Shown: positions 9,640-19,087 of the stretch, piece after piece
Layout: every line of letters begins with the position of its first letter
Numbering within the stretch: the first letter of the stretch is position 1
IMG/VR virus record: IMGVR_UViG_3300013426_000035
Location: 1,329 to 65,328 of that record
Length of the DNA stretch: 64,000 bases
Origin: a virus
Lineage: Duplodnaviria > Caudoviricetes
Strand: one strand, 5' to 3'
The notes under the pieces: model-generated
What the model was told of the DNA's origin: nothing
Databases searched by the model: none
Seen by the model: the letters and a program-made list of their open reading frames with translations, nothing else
Position numbers and translations under genes: made by a program

Positions 9640-9831
9640 TTATCGCATCAGAGAGGCAAAAGAAAGAGGGCGATAGCGTTGCCCGTATTTTTTCGCGATT
9701 TCAGCCCCTCTCGCGTTCATTTCTGCGATAATGGGCATCGCCTCTGTTTTGGCTGTTTTGTGGTCTATTTCGCCCACAAGAAGCCGCGCTCTGATATCTC
9801 TTATTTTCGCTCTGTAAATTTCGCCGTTCAT
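9640..9831 (-). CDS. small basic hypothetical protein
   Basis: GAAAGGAG SD; own TTGAAA-N16-TATCTT promoter at about 9863-9890. Confidence 0.65.
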   Translation of the reverse strand: MNGEIYRAKIRDIRARLLVGEIDHKTAKTEAMPIIAEMNARGAEIAKKYGQRYRPLSFASLMR

Positions 9832-9929
9832 GTTTGTTCTCCTTTCGTTTCCTTTGAGTTATAAGATAGCACAGAGTTTTTATTTTTCAAGAACGAGAAT
9901 CATTCTCAATAATAAAAATCGCGTTTTTT

Positions 9930-11264
9930 TTAGTATGAGTCCTCGTCTTTTCCGGAGTCCATGCTATAAGGCGCTAGATTATTTATGGACATGGCATCCC
10001 CCTTGAGGAATATAAGTACATTTTGGTGAGTTTTTACGACTTTTCTCCCCTTGCTAAATTGTGCGTTTGCGCGAAGTGCTGAAGAGCCTATAGGGTCTAA
10101 TAGTATACAATCGTTGTAAAGGGTGCATCCGGCATCATAAAACGCTCGTTTTGTGTCTCCTATAAAATCCCTGTAATACCCCTTTTTGTCGCGTATATCG
10201 CCTATTACAATCGCGAAAAACGCATTGTCTTTAAGTTTGGTTACTGTCTTGCGTATAATGGCTCTGTACGTGTTTATAAAATCAGGATACTCCATGTTTG
10301 AGATGTCCGCCGGGTCGTTGCTGTATTTTTCCAAGTCAGCGTATGGAGGGCATGTCAAGCCAAAATCGAAGTCGGATTTTGTCGTTAAAGTGTCTATCTG
10401 CGAGCTGTCGCCTGTAATCCATTCCGGCATGCTTAGTTTAGCGCCTGTAAAGTCGCGCATATCTTCTAGCGCCTTGTAGTTTTCGATATTTGCTTGAATT
10501 TGTTCCGGACGTAAATCAATACCAGTGTATTTTATACCAAGCATTGAGGCGACAAGTCCACGCACGGAACCGCCCGAAAACGGGTCAATCGCCGTTCCTC
10601 CAGCAGGGCAAACCCATTTATACAGAATTTCGCATAAACAGGGGTCAAAAATGCTGGTTTCTGCAAAATTATAACCACTGTAACTAAGTGTTGAGTAATC
10701 GCCTAAGAGATTATCTTTTCGACCCTTTTCGCTGGTTATAATATTTTTCCACTCCGTTTTCCTTTTTTGCCAACCTTTCTTTTTTGAATCTAGTATTGCA
10801 AACGGAGGAATTGTTGATATTGTGTCTTTGATGTCGTTGTTTTGGTGATTTGCACTTTCAGCAAAATTATCGCCTTGTTTAATTGCATGCTGTTCCACGT
10901 CTTCAAAACCGAATGGTTGCATATCAAAATCAAGAGTAATAAGGTTTTGAAGCTCTATTTCAAGGGCGTCCATATCCCACAAAGCAAGCTCGCCTGTTTT
11001 GTTGTCTGCCAGCCGGAACGCTCGAATTTTTGCAGGCGTTAAATCATCTGCGATAATGCAAGGCACTTTTTTCATTTCAAGCAATTTTGCCGCGCTGTAT
11101 CTTGTATGTCCTGTTACAATTACCCCCTCTTTGTCAATAACAATTGGGACTTTAAAACCAAATTCGCGAATGCTCGCGGCAACTGGTTCAACCGCCTCCT
11201 CATTGTTGCGTGGGTTGTTTTTGTAAGGCGTGATTTCTTCCAGTGTTTTATAGATAATTTCCAT
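9930..11264 (-). CDS. ParB-like domain fused to amino (m6A/m4C) DNA methyltransferase
   Basis: ParB motifs; DPFSGGSVRG (SAM-binding); TCPPY (catalytic motif IV-like). Confidence 0.85.
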   Translation of the reverse strand: MEIIYKTLEEITPYKNNPRNNEEAVEPVAASIREFGFKVPIVIDKEGVIVTGHTRYSAAKLLEMKKVPCIIADDLTPAKIRAFRLADNKTGELALWDMDALEIELQNLITLDFDMQPFGFEDVEQHAIKQGDNFAESANHQNNDIKDTISTIPPFAILDSKKKGWQKRKTEWKNIITSEKGRKDNLLGDYSTLSYSGYNFAETSIFDPCLCEILYKWVCPAGGTAIDPFSGGSVRGLVASMLGIKYTGIDLRPEQIQANIENYKALEDMRDFTGAKLSMPEWITGDSSQIDTLTTKSDFDFGLTCPPYADLEKYSNDPADISNMEYPDFINTYRAIIRKTVTKLKDNAFFAIVIGDIRDKKGYYRDFIGDTKRAFYDAGCTLYNDCILLDPIGSSALRANAQFSKGRKVVKTHQNVLIFLKGDAMSINNLAPYSMDSGKDEDSY

Positions 11265-11290
11265 GTTTATTCCTCCTGTCGGTTCGGGTT

Positions 11291-12289
11291 TTAGTATTTG
11301 GGCAAGGTTATCTGTTTTTCGTTGCCTTTTACCAAAACAAGAATGTTTTTATATGTGTGAGCAAGGCGGCGGGCGGCGTTGAATTGAGAAATAGCCTGTT
11401 TGTTGGATTTTTTATAAGGCTCTAGCCAAAATATTTCATTCAACAGCTTCAGCCCTGTATCAAACGCGCATTCTTTTGCGCTAGTTGATGTGTCACAAAT
11501 AGGCTGGTTGTTGTCTTGTCTGTTGCTTGCAACCACGACCAAAAACGCATTGTTTTTCAATTTCTAAAAAGATTGTTCGATGCCTGTTTTTATTTCCTCC
11601 TTGTTTGCTTCGGGGGAAAGGTAAAGCAGGGCAAGGTCGCAATTGTTGTTGTCGCACTGCAAGGCTAGCTTTTGGGCTACTTTTTGGGGCGTTGAGTCGT
11701 CGTTAAAAGGATGGATATATACCGAGCCTTTTTCTGTGCAAAACCAATGGTATATAATCTCGCATAATAAAGGATTTATTACCCCGTTTTGTCCTAGTAT
11801 AGCCTCCCACTCTTGGCACTTGTTTTGTAAGGCTTCCTGCCTTCCGTCGATGACGGAAAACGGAGGAACAATGTATCGATCAGCCAGCGGGACAATGTCT
11901 TTTTCGTCAAACATGTCATTGGCAACAAAGCCAAAATCTTTCATGTCTAAGTCGATGTTTTCGAAAGATAGCAGCTCCTCGCGCAAGACATCTTTTTCCC
12001 ATGTTGCTATTTCAGCGACTTTGTTATCAGCGAGCCTAAAAGCCTGTATTTGAGCCTCTGTAAGGTCGCTGGCTATTATACAGGGTACCTCTTCCAAGCC
12101 TAGTTTTATTGCCGCTTTTAGGCGTGTATGTCCACAAATAACAACATTTTTGCTGTCTATTACAATAGGGACCTTAAAACCAAATGCTTTTATACTTTTC
12201 AACACAGCGTCGACCGCCGTGTCGTTTTTTCGCGGATTGTTTTTATAGGGGATTAATTCCCCTGTTTTCATGGTTACAATTTTTTCCAT
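11291..12289 (-). pseudogene. degenerate ParB-methyltransferase paralogue with one in-frame TAG at 11564-11566
   Basis: EQSF*KLKNNAF continues in frame and aligns to RKTVTKLKDNAF of 9930-11264; FxGxG and PPY motifs lost. Confidence 0.7.
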
Positions 12290-12353
12290 AAACCCCTCCT
12301 GTTACAAGTTGCTATAAAAGGAGGGGTTGTCAACCCCTTGCCGCGTCTTTTTG

Positions 12354-12698
12354 TCAATTTTCTGCTACGGGGCGCGTCTGTACCATGTGTTCCAGTTGCC
12401 ACGCTGTAATGTGGCACTCTGGTGCTGCCCAGATACCCTCGTCGAGCAAAAAGCTAATCATGGGCGTGTCTGTTTTTGTGTTGTAGTACAGGCAGATTTC
12501 ACGTTTCTGCCCTGCCTCGTTGTAAAAATAGAAATGGCGGTCGTTCCAGTGGCACATTGTCCAGCCGCAACGCAAAATCGCGCGGCGCGCCTGTTTCATG
12601 CGATTGCGGGCAGTGCGATTGAGGGTGTATTTACCCTCAAATCCACAATAAATGCTCTCTTCGCGGGTTTCAAATTTGCGGGCGTTTCTCATAGTCAT
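12354..12698 (-). CDS. hypothetical protein
   Basis: AAGGA SD; promoter TTGCAC-N17-TAAATT upstream. Confidence 0.6.
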   Translation of the reverse strand: MTMRNARKFETREESIYCGFEGKYTLNRTARNRMKQARRAILRCGWTMCHWNDRHFYFYNEAGQKREICLYYNTKTDTPMISFLLDEGIWAAPECHITAWQLEHMVQTRPVAEN

Positions 12699-12731
12699 AA
12701 TCCTTTTGTTTGTTGTTATCTTTTGTAAGGC

Positions 12732-12760
12732 AATTTACCACGCTTTTTCCGGCGGTGCAA
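12732..12760 (-). promoter_or_regulatory. sigma70-like promoter TTGCAC-N17-TAAATT
   Basis: Reverse complement of 12732-12760. Confidence 0.6.
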
Positions 12761-12848
12761 GTGCCTTTTTGTTGTTTTTTTGTTGCAATGCCCTTAATGC
12801 TTGCGCTTGCCTTGTAGCAGGCGCAAGAGGTTAAAAACACTGCTCTTC

Positions 12849-13073
12849 TTATCTGGCGTCGAGCTCTCTTTCTTCCAGCTCGACCGCCGTCTCGGCGGCC
12901 TGCTGTCCAGCCTCTTCTGCGGCCTCTACGTCCTCTATTTCGTCCCAGTCGTTGACATAGTACTGCCAGTCGTCAGTATCCTCAAAGTTCGTGTGGTGGG
13001 TGAGCGCGCGGTAGGTCTCGTTCGCGCCTTTGTTGTAAGCCGCGCGTTTGGCTTTTTCCAGTTCGTCCATCAT
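12849..13073 (-). CDS. small highly acidic protein, paralogue of 49131-49526
   Basis: ELEKAKRAAYN..ANETYRALTHHTN.EDTDDWQYYVNDWDEI shared; GGAG SD. Confidence 0.75.
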   Translation of the reverse strand: MMDELEKAKRAAYNKGANETYRALTHHTNFEDTDDWQYYVNDWDEIEDVEAAEEAGQQAAETAVELEERELDAR

Positions 13074-13126
13074 GATTATATCTCCTTTTGCCTTTCGACG
13101 TTGTTTTGTTTTCTGTCTATGTCGTT

Positions 13127-13154
13127 AATATATACGCAAAAAGAAAAATTGCAA
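13127..13154 (-). promoter_or_regulatory. sigma70-like promoter TTGCAA-N16-TATATT
   Basis: Same hexamers and spacing as 49815-49842. Confidence 0.6.
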
Positions 13155-13295
13155 ATGAAAAAACAAAAAAAATTGAAAAAAAATTATTTTTGAGTGTAGA
13201 ATGGCTTTTTTAAAGTTCCCATCGACTCTTGATTTCTGTGTTTTATGGTATATATTATATTACATATACAACAAAAACGGAAAGGAAAAAGAAAA

Positions 13296-13730
13296 ATGCC
13301 AACTGGACAATACGAGAGAAAAGCAACACCAGCACGCCTTGAAGCTCAAGCACGCAACCTCGCAAGAGCGCACGAAGTAGCAAGGTTAAACCCCTCAAAA
13401 CGCCTTATAGAGGCAAAAAAACGCAACGCGCAAAAAGCCGTGCGCGTTCGAGTCGCGCGCGCTATCCTGCGTAATTGCCCTATAGGAGCAAAGGCAGGGG
13501 AAACATTTAAGGCTTCAAACGACGTTTATGCTGTGATTGATGATAAACCTTGGTTTGACGTGGACCAGCGCTGGAAACAGCGCTTTAAGCGCCAAATCCG
13601 CGTAAAAGTCGGAGCGGATGTAAAACTGTTTGAGGAGACTGTAACAATCGCGTGGGATTACGAACCAACGGTTGAAAATCTCCTTGTCTTGCCAATCGTC
13701 GAAGAGCGCGAAAGCGGGGAGGGAATGTAA
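13296..13730 (+). CDS. basic hypothetical protein
   Basis: GAAAGG SD; TTGATT...TATATT promoter-like sequence at about 13229-13256. Confidence 0.55.
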   Translation: MPTGQYERKATPARLEAQARNLARAHEVARLNPSKRLIEAKKRNAQKAVRVRVARAILRNCPIGAKAGETFKASNDVYAVIDDKPWFDVDQRWKQRFKRQIRVKVGADVKLFEETVTIAWDYEPTVENLLVLPIVEERESGEGM

Positions 13731-13742
13731 GAAAGAAAAATT

Positions 13743-13832
13743 AAAAAAGCGGACATAAAGCGGACGCCGTTTTTTTGTTTTTTGAATTCAAAATAGGCTA
13801 AAAAGCCTGAAAAAAGCGGACATAAAGCGGAC
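13743..13832. repeat. 23-bp exact direct repeat AAAAAAGCGGACATAAAGCGGAC x2
   Basis: Copies at 13743-13765 and 13810-13832. Confidence 0.8.
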
Positions 13833-13931
13833 ATTGAAATCGCTTGAAAATGCCGGATGCCACGGACGGGAAATCGTCTAGGAAGTCCGGCTTTTTTTGT
13901 GCATGTTTTAACCAGTCGTAACCAGTCGCAA

Positions 13932-14020
13932 AAACCCAGAAAACCCAGATGGTTTTTCAGAAACCCAGAGAAACCCAGAAAACCCAGATGGTTTTTCAGA
14001 AACCCCCCAAGAAACCCCCC
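13932..14020. repeat. 35-bp direct repeat x2 (period 39) built from AAACCCAG units
   Basis: 13932-13966 equals 13971-14005, followed by AAACCCCCC copies. Confidence 0.8.
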
Positions 14021-14203
14021 AAAAAAAATAATAACAGTTATTTTTGCAAAAAAGGAAAAACCTATCAAGGGGGGCTATGGGGGGATTAAGGGGAAAAAGA
14101 ATAAAATATGGCAGGAATCTATATTATATATTTTTTTTTAATTTAAAAACCGCACGCACGTAGCGTACACGCGCGAGAAGAATCAAGAAAAAAACTCCCT
14201 CAA

Positions 14204-14212
14204 GGTTGACAA
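14204..14212 (+). promoter_or_regulatory. GGTTGACAA motif upstream of terS (one of about 10 late-module copies)
   Basis: Other copies at 8107, 12327 (minus), 17481, 21394, 26039, 28649 (AGTTGACAA), 31428, 37863, 45232. Confidence 0.65.
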
Positions 14213-14431
14213 CAAAACCCTCTATTGAAACGCGGTATTTTTTAGCGCAATCTCTCTATATACACATCACCACGCATGAGGCGCGGAAGAGAGATTAAAA
14301 AAAGTCTGATTCGGGAGGCGTTTGCATGGGCTATGTCTCTTTTGGTACAAAATGCAAAGAATAAGAAAATCAGCGCAAAAATACCAAACAAAAAAAGCTC
14401 CTTAAAACATGGGTTGAAAGTGAGGGACAAG

Positions 14432-14851
14432 ATGAGCAACAAAAGCACAAAAGCAACCGGACGCGGCGCAAGCAATGTCAAAAATGGCGAGACGCGCGCG
14501 AAAATAAGGATGAAAATCAGCGCTGAAAAACTTATCACGGCGGCTGAAAAAAGCAACGGAATCATGTCTGTCTGCGCACGCTTGGCGGGTATCAATCGGC
14601 GCACGGTTGAAAAGTATTTTGAGCTTGTCCCGGAAGCGAAAAACGCATTTTTGGAGCAGCGCGAAGTTATCATTGACCTTGCAGAAAGCAAGCTCCTGAA
14701 CATGGTTAACGCGGGAGACAAAGACGCGGTGTTTTTCCTTCTCAAAACAATTGGCAAGAAACGCGGATACAGCGAGCGTTCTGAAACCGAAGTTTCCGGC
14801 GCGGTGCAGACTGTCGTTGACCGCTTCACACTCAAAATCGAGAACAACTAA
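14432..14851 (+). CDS. terminase small subunit
   Basis: HTH (ARLAGINRRTV), IIDLAESKLL...AVFFLLKTIGKKRGY motif; directly upstream of terL. Confidence 0.75.
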   Translation: MSNKSTKATGRGASNVKNGETRAKIRMKISAEKLITAAEKSNGIMSVCARLAGINRRTVEKYFELVPEAKNAFLEQREVIIDLAESKLLNMVNAGDKDAVFFLLKTIGKKRGYSERSETEVSGAVQTVVDRFTLKIENN

Positions 14852-14914
14852 TCACACATCATACAGCGCCTGAAAACGGCGCTTATTGCTTTTTTCTAGG
14901 GAGGTGGTCGCTAT

Positions 14915-17479
14915 ATGATGGCAGTGAACGAAATCGGGCTTCCGGCGTTGCATCCTCGACAAGGTTGCGTGCTGAAAACGGACGCAACAGAAATTTTGTA
15001 CGGAGGGGCTGCGGGCGGTGGGAAAGCGCTATGGATTGAAACGCCAATTTTGACCGATTCCGGCTTTAAACGAATGGCTGATGTGCATGTTGGGGATGTT
15101 GTTTTTGACGAAAACGGGAAACCTTGCAATGTCATAGCAGAAACACCAATTTTGACAGACAGACCATGCCGGAAAGTCGTTTTTGATGATGGCTCTAAAA
15201 TTATCGCTGACGATTTGCATCAGTGGGTAACAAAGACAGACGCACAAAGAGTGGCGGAACACAAAAGAACGCCCGAATACCGCGCAAATCGGCGCGCAAA
15301 ACGTCCCTTGCGTGGCATGGGTAAGCGCCCGGATTTGGCAGTTGCAAACTCAAAACGCGTGTATTGTGGCGATGAACGCAAGTTTGAATCTGTCGTTACG
15401 ACGGAAACCATTGCGGCAACCTTACGAGTGCGTGGACGGCTGAATCACTCTGTAGCGGTTTGCGGGGCTGTTGAAATGCCGGAATCGCGGGAGGAGCTGA
15501 TAATCCCTCCTTACGTGCTGGGTTTGTGGCTCGGTGATGGCAACTCCGACGGGTGTGGATTTTCTACTGGCGATGACGATGTTATCCCTTACATCCGCGC
15601 TTGCGGATTTGAAGTTACCAAACGTGCGGCAAAATACAAGTGGGGGATAATCGGTTTAACTCCGCTCCTTAAACGCCTGAATCTGATACACAATAAGCAC
15701 GTGCCGGAACGGTACCTGTTTACCTCGATTGAAAACCGGATGGAACTTTTGCGCGGCTTTATGGATTCGGACGGTACAGTTGGCGAGAATGGGCATTGTG
15801 AGTATACCAGCATTAACAAAGACATTGCAGTGTCTTTGTGCTTTTTGCTTAACTCGCTCGGAATCAAGGCAACTCTTAAGCAGGGTATAGCGCGCCTGAA
15901 TGGTAAGGATTGCGGCATAAAATACCGCGTGCATTTTATCCCGTGGCAGACTGATATAACGCGCTTGGACAGGTACAAAAAACGCATAAAAACGGTACGG
16001 AATCCATATTCGCGGCGGCGGATGATTGTATCTACGGATCGTTGTAAGAGCGTGCCTGTCAAGTGTATACAGGTTGATTCCGCGTCCAGCTGTTATCTTG
16101 CCGGGAAAAGCTGTATTCCAACGCATAACTCGTTTTTAATGCGCATTTTTGCCATTATGCTTTGCGATAACGTCAAAGGCTTGCAAGTGTACCTTTTCCG
16201 TCGCCTGAGTGATGATCTGCTGAAAAACCATTTTGAAGGTGAAACAGGCTTTCCGGCGTTGCTTGCTGAAGCGGTGGAACATAAGAGTGTACGCATTACG
16301 ACAAACCCTCCCAAAATACGTTTTGTGGAATCAGGGAGCACTATACATTTGTGCCATTGCCAGTACGAAAAAGACGTCATGAAGTATCAGGGCGCGGAAA
16401 TTGGCGTGCTGTTGATTGACGAATTAACGCACTTTACAGAGTATCAATACCGCTTTTTGCGCGGGCGCTGTCGAGTGTCAAAACAGGTTGCAATTGACCC
16501 GGCAATCAGGAAATTGATACCAAATTTGACGTTTCCAAAAATATTGTGCGGTTCGAATCCCGGCGGTCCCGGACATAACTGGGTTAAAGCGATGTTTATC
16601 GACCCACAGCCAGCGGAAACCATTTGGAAAACAGCCGCTTCTGAAGGTGGAATGCTCCGGCAATTTGTACCTGCGAAGCTGTCAGATAATCCCTCGCTCA
16701 ATCAGGAAGAATACGCTAACCGCTTGCGTGGATTAGGGCAAGACTGGTTGATTAAAGCGATGTTGGAAGGCGACTGGAACATCACGGCGGGAGGGGCTGT
16801 TGATGACCTCTGGAACGAGCAAATCCACGTTATGCCGCGCTTTAAAATTCCTGAATCGTGGTACATTGTCAAGAGTTACGATGATGGCAACTCTCACCCG
16901 TGGGCGGTCGGCTGGTTTGCTGTATCTGATGGCACTGATTACGTGACAGCGGACGGAGAAAAGCGCCCTACAATCGCAGGAGACGCGTTTTTAATACAGG
17001 AGCTTTACGGTTCCACAGGAAAGGCAAATGAGGGCGATAAATCCAGTATCAGAGACCGTGCAGAACGCATAAAAGAGACGGAAAAAATGCTCGGTTATCG
17101 CGTTGACGAAAGCATCGCAGATTCCGCGATTTTTGCCTCAACCTCGGCGGCTCAAGTGACTGTTGCGAAGCAGTTTGAGGAGTATGGCGTGTTTTTTGCG
17201 CCTTGCAACAAAGCGCCCGGAACGCGGCATCAGATGTTGACGCTACTTAGAGAGCGCCTTACAGGCGCAATCGAACGCGACGCGGACGCTGGGTTATTTG
17301 TGTTTGACCATTGCCGGAATTTTATCCGGACGGTGCCTGTTTTACAGCGCTCACAAAGAGACCCTGACGATGTGGACACCACGCAGGAAGACCATATCTA
17401 TGACTTGACAGGCTATTTCTTGCTTGGCGAATACGCATCCCGGAAAATCGTTGTTGCCTCTGCTGGTAACGTAGGCTGA
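14915..17479 (+). CDS. terminase large subunit, intein-containing
   Basis: Walker A GGAAGGGK|S split by intein; Walker B LLIDE; GSNPGG coupling motif; C-terminal nuclease DHIYD. Confidence 0.93.
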   Translation: MMAVNEIGLPALHPRQGCVLKTDATEILYGGAAGGGKALWIETPILTDSGFKRMADVHVGDVVFDENGKPCNVIAETPILTDRPCRKVVFDDGSKIIADDLHQWVTKTDAQRVAEHKRTPEYRANRRAKRPLRGMGKRPDLAVANSKRVYCGDERKFESVVTTETIAATLRVRGRLNHSVAVCGAVEMPESREELIIPPYVLGLWLGDGNSDGCGFSTGDDDVIPYIRACGFEVTKRAAKYKWGIIGLTPLLKRLNLIHNKHVPERYLFTSIENRMELLRGFMDSDGTVGENGHCEYTSINKDIAVSLCFLLNSLGIKATLKQGIARLNGKDCGIKYRVHFIPWQTDITRLDRYKKRIKTVRNPYSRRRMIVSTDRCKSVPVKCIQVDSASSCYLAGKSCIPTHNSFLMRIFAIMLCDNVKGLQVYLFRRLSDDLLKNHFEGETGFPALLAEAVEHKSVRITTNPPKIRFVESGSTIHLCHCQYEKDVMKYQGAEIGVLLIDELTHFTEYQYRFLRGRCRVSKQVAIDPAIRKLIPNLTFPKILCGSNPGGPGHNWVKAMFIDPQPAETIWKTAASEGGMLRQFVPAKLSDNPSLNQEEYANRLRGLGQDWLIKAMLEGDWNITAGGAVDDLWNEQIHVMPRFKIPESWYIVKSYDDGNSHPWAVGWFAVSDGTDYVTADGEKRPTIAGDAFLIQELYGSTGKANEGDKSSIRDRAERIKETEKMLGYRVDESIADSAIFASTSAAQVTVAKQFEEYGVFFAPCNKAPGTRHQMLTLLRERLTGAIERDADAGLFVFDHCRNFIRTVPVLQRSQRDPDDVDTTQEDHIYDLTGYFLLGEYASRKIVVASAGNVG
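15026..16129 (+). mobile_element. class 3 intein (368 aa, Ala1) with LAGLIDADG homing endonuclease
   Basis: ALWIETPI start; block B ADDLHQW; LGLWLGDG and LRGFMDSDG; block F VKCIQV; block G IPTHN then Ser+1. Confidence 0.92.
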
Positions 17480-17545
17480 TGGTTGACAAGGATAACTTAA
17501 GTGTGGGCAAAATGGCAAAAAAAACATTGAAACAAGGAGCCAAAA

Positions 17546-19087
17546 ATGGCAGGTATAAAACGTGACGAAGAGCCTAAACTTTCAGAATTTGCGTTCAGCG
17601 GTTACGATGATTTTGTAGTGAGGCGGCGGCGTGTTGCTGATTGCTTGGGTGGGCAATTGATTGTCAAAGGTGAGGCAGACAAATACCTCCCACGCGACAA
17701 ATGGCAAAAAGAACACACAGAGGATTACGCAGCATATCTCAACCGTGCGCTGTTTTTTAATTACACCCGAAAAGCGCTGAATCGGTACGTTGGAATGCTT
17801 GACATGGGAGAGCCTGATATTGTTTTGGGTTCTGACAAGCTCGAATTTATGCGCGATACAGCAACACAGTTTGGCGATGGGCTGAAAGCTCTACAGAGGC
17901 GTGTCAACACTGCGCAATTGTCGCGTGGTTTGATTTGCCTGTTGCTGGAATCTACAGGCGATAACGAGCGTCCATTTGTAATCCAGACATACGATGCAAA
18001 CGCATTTTTACGCACGGATTTTGTGACTGTCGACGGCAAGAGCGAAATCAAGTTTGTGCTACTTGATGAATCGGGATATGACTACAACCCTGTCACAAAA
18101 CAAGATGAATACAAGTATCGAATGCGCGTTCTCGGGATCGACGGGCGCGGATATTACTATCAGGCGGCAATCTCGCCTGAAGAGTGGGCAAAATTTAACA
18201 TTGACGAACCATCCGGCAATGTTGTTTATCCTGATTGCTTTGGAAAGCCTCTTGACAGAGTGCCTTTTACGTGGTGTGGAGCGTCCAACCTGTCCGGAAA
18301 GGACTTTCAGGAACCGCCAATTTTGAACGTGGCAGATGCGGAAATCTCGCTGTATCAGCTGTACGCGGACTTCAGACAGGTCATGTTTATGACTGGACAA
18401 ACTCCCCTTGTTGTTGCAGGGCTTAAAGGCAAGGTTGAGGATATTAATAAGTCCCTGAGTGCTTTAAAGGTCGGTTCCGGTGCTGTTATGGGCTTGCCTG
18501 AGGGAGCGAATGCGGGCTATCTCGAAATGGCGGCAAGCTCCTTGCAGACAATTTCCGGTGAGGTTGAGACGCTGAAAAAGCTCTGTACGGATGACGCGCT
18601 GAGTATTGGCGATGCACAGGCGAATGAATCCGGCGTTGCCTTGCAGTTGCGTGTTGATTCCAACACCTCGCCTTTGCAGATTATCAACTCAACCGCTGGC
18701 GATGCGATTACAGAGCAGTTGCGTTATGCCGCGCGCTGGCTTGGCATGTCTTACGATGAGATACTTGAGACGCGTTATACGCCCTCTAAAGACTTTGCGG
18801 AAGCGAATTTGACAGTGCAAGAGCTTGTAGCCATTGAAAGCTCTGAATCGCTCACGCAAGAGGAAAAGCGCAAGGCGTGGACTGACAATGGTTATGGCAA
18901 CCCTAAAATCACGTTTGATGAGTTTTTGGACCAAAAAGACGCAGACACGGAGCGTAGTATGGCAGGTGCAATGTCGCAGATGATGTCGGGCGGCGCGGCA
19001 ACTGGGAATCCATTTGCAACCTCCGGAAACGGCGGCAACGAACAGGCAAAAGCGAGCGTAAACAATGGCAACGAAAAGAACGCTTGA
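17546..19087 (+). CDS. portal protein (DUF4055 / SPP1-like)
   Basis: Follows terL; YLP...Y..YL.RALFFNYT pattern; 513 aa. Confidence 0.8.
   Translation: MAGIKRDEEPKLSEFAFSGYDDFVVRRRRVADCLGGQLIVKGEADKYLPRDKWQKEHTEDYAAYLNRALFFNYTRKALNRYVGMLDMGEPDIVLGSDKLEFMRDTATQFGDGLKALQRRVNTAQLSRGLICLLLESTGDNERPFVIQTYDANAFLRTDFVTVDGKSEIKFVLLDESGYDYNPVTKQDEYKYRMRVLGIDGRGYYYQAAISPEEWAKFNIDEPSGNVVYPDCFGKPLDRVPFTWCGASNLSGKDFQEPPILNVADAEISLYQLYADFRQVMFMTGQTPLVVAGLKGKVEDINKSLSALKVGSGAVMGLPEGANAGYLEMAASSLQTISGEVETLKKLCTDDALSIGDAQANESGVALQLRVDSNTSPLQIINSTAGDAITEQLRYAARWLGMSYDEILETRYTPSKDFAEANLTVQELVAIESSESLTQEEKRKAWTDNGYGNPKITFDEFLDQKDADTERSMAGAMSQMMSGGAATGNPFATSGNGGNEQAKASVNNGNEKNA

Noticed and set aside
11564-11566. 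Genome-wide TAG reassignment (genetic code 15)
   Set aside because: Long structural genes are intact under code 11, and only one homology-spanning TAG was found.
13932-14020. CRISPR array or protein-coding ORF 13857-14141
   Set aside because: No unique spacers and no cas operon. The ORF is just translated repeat with no convincing SD.
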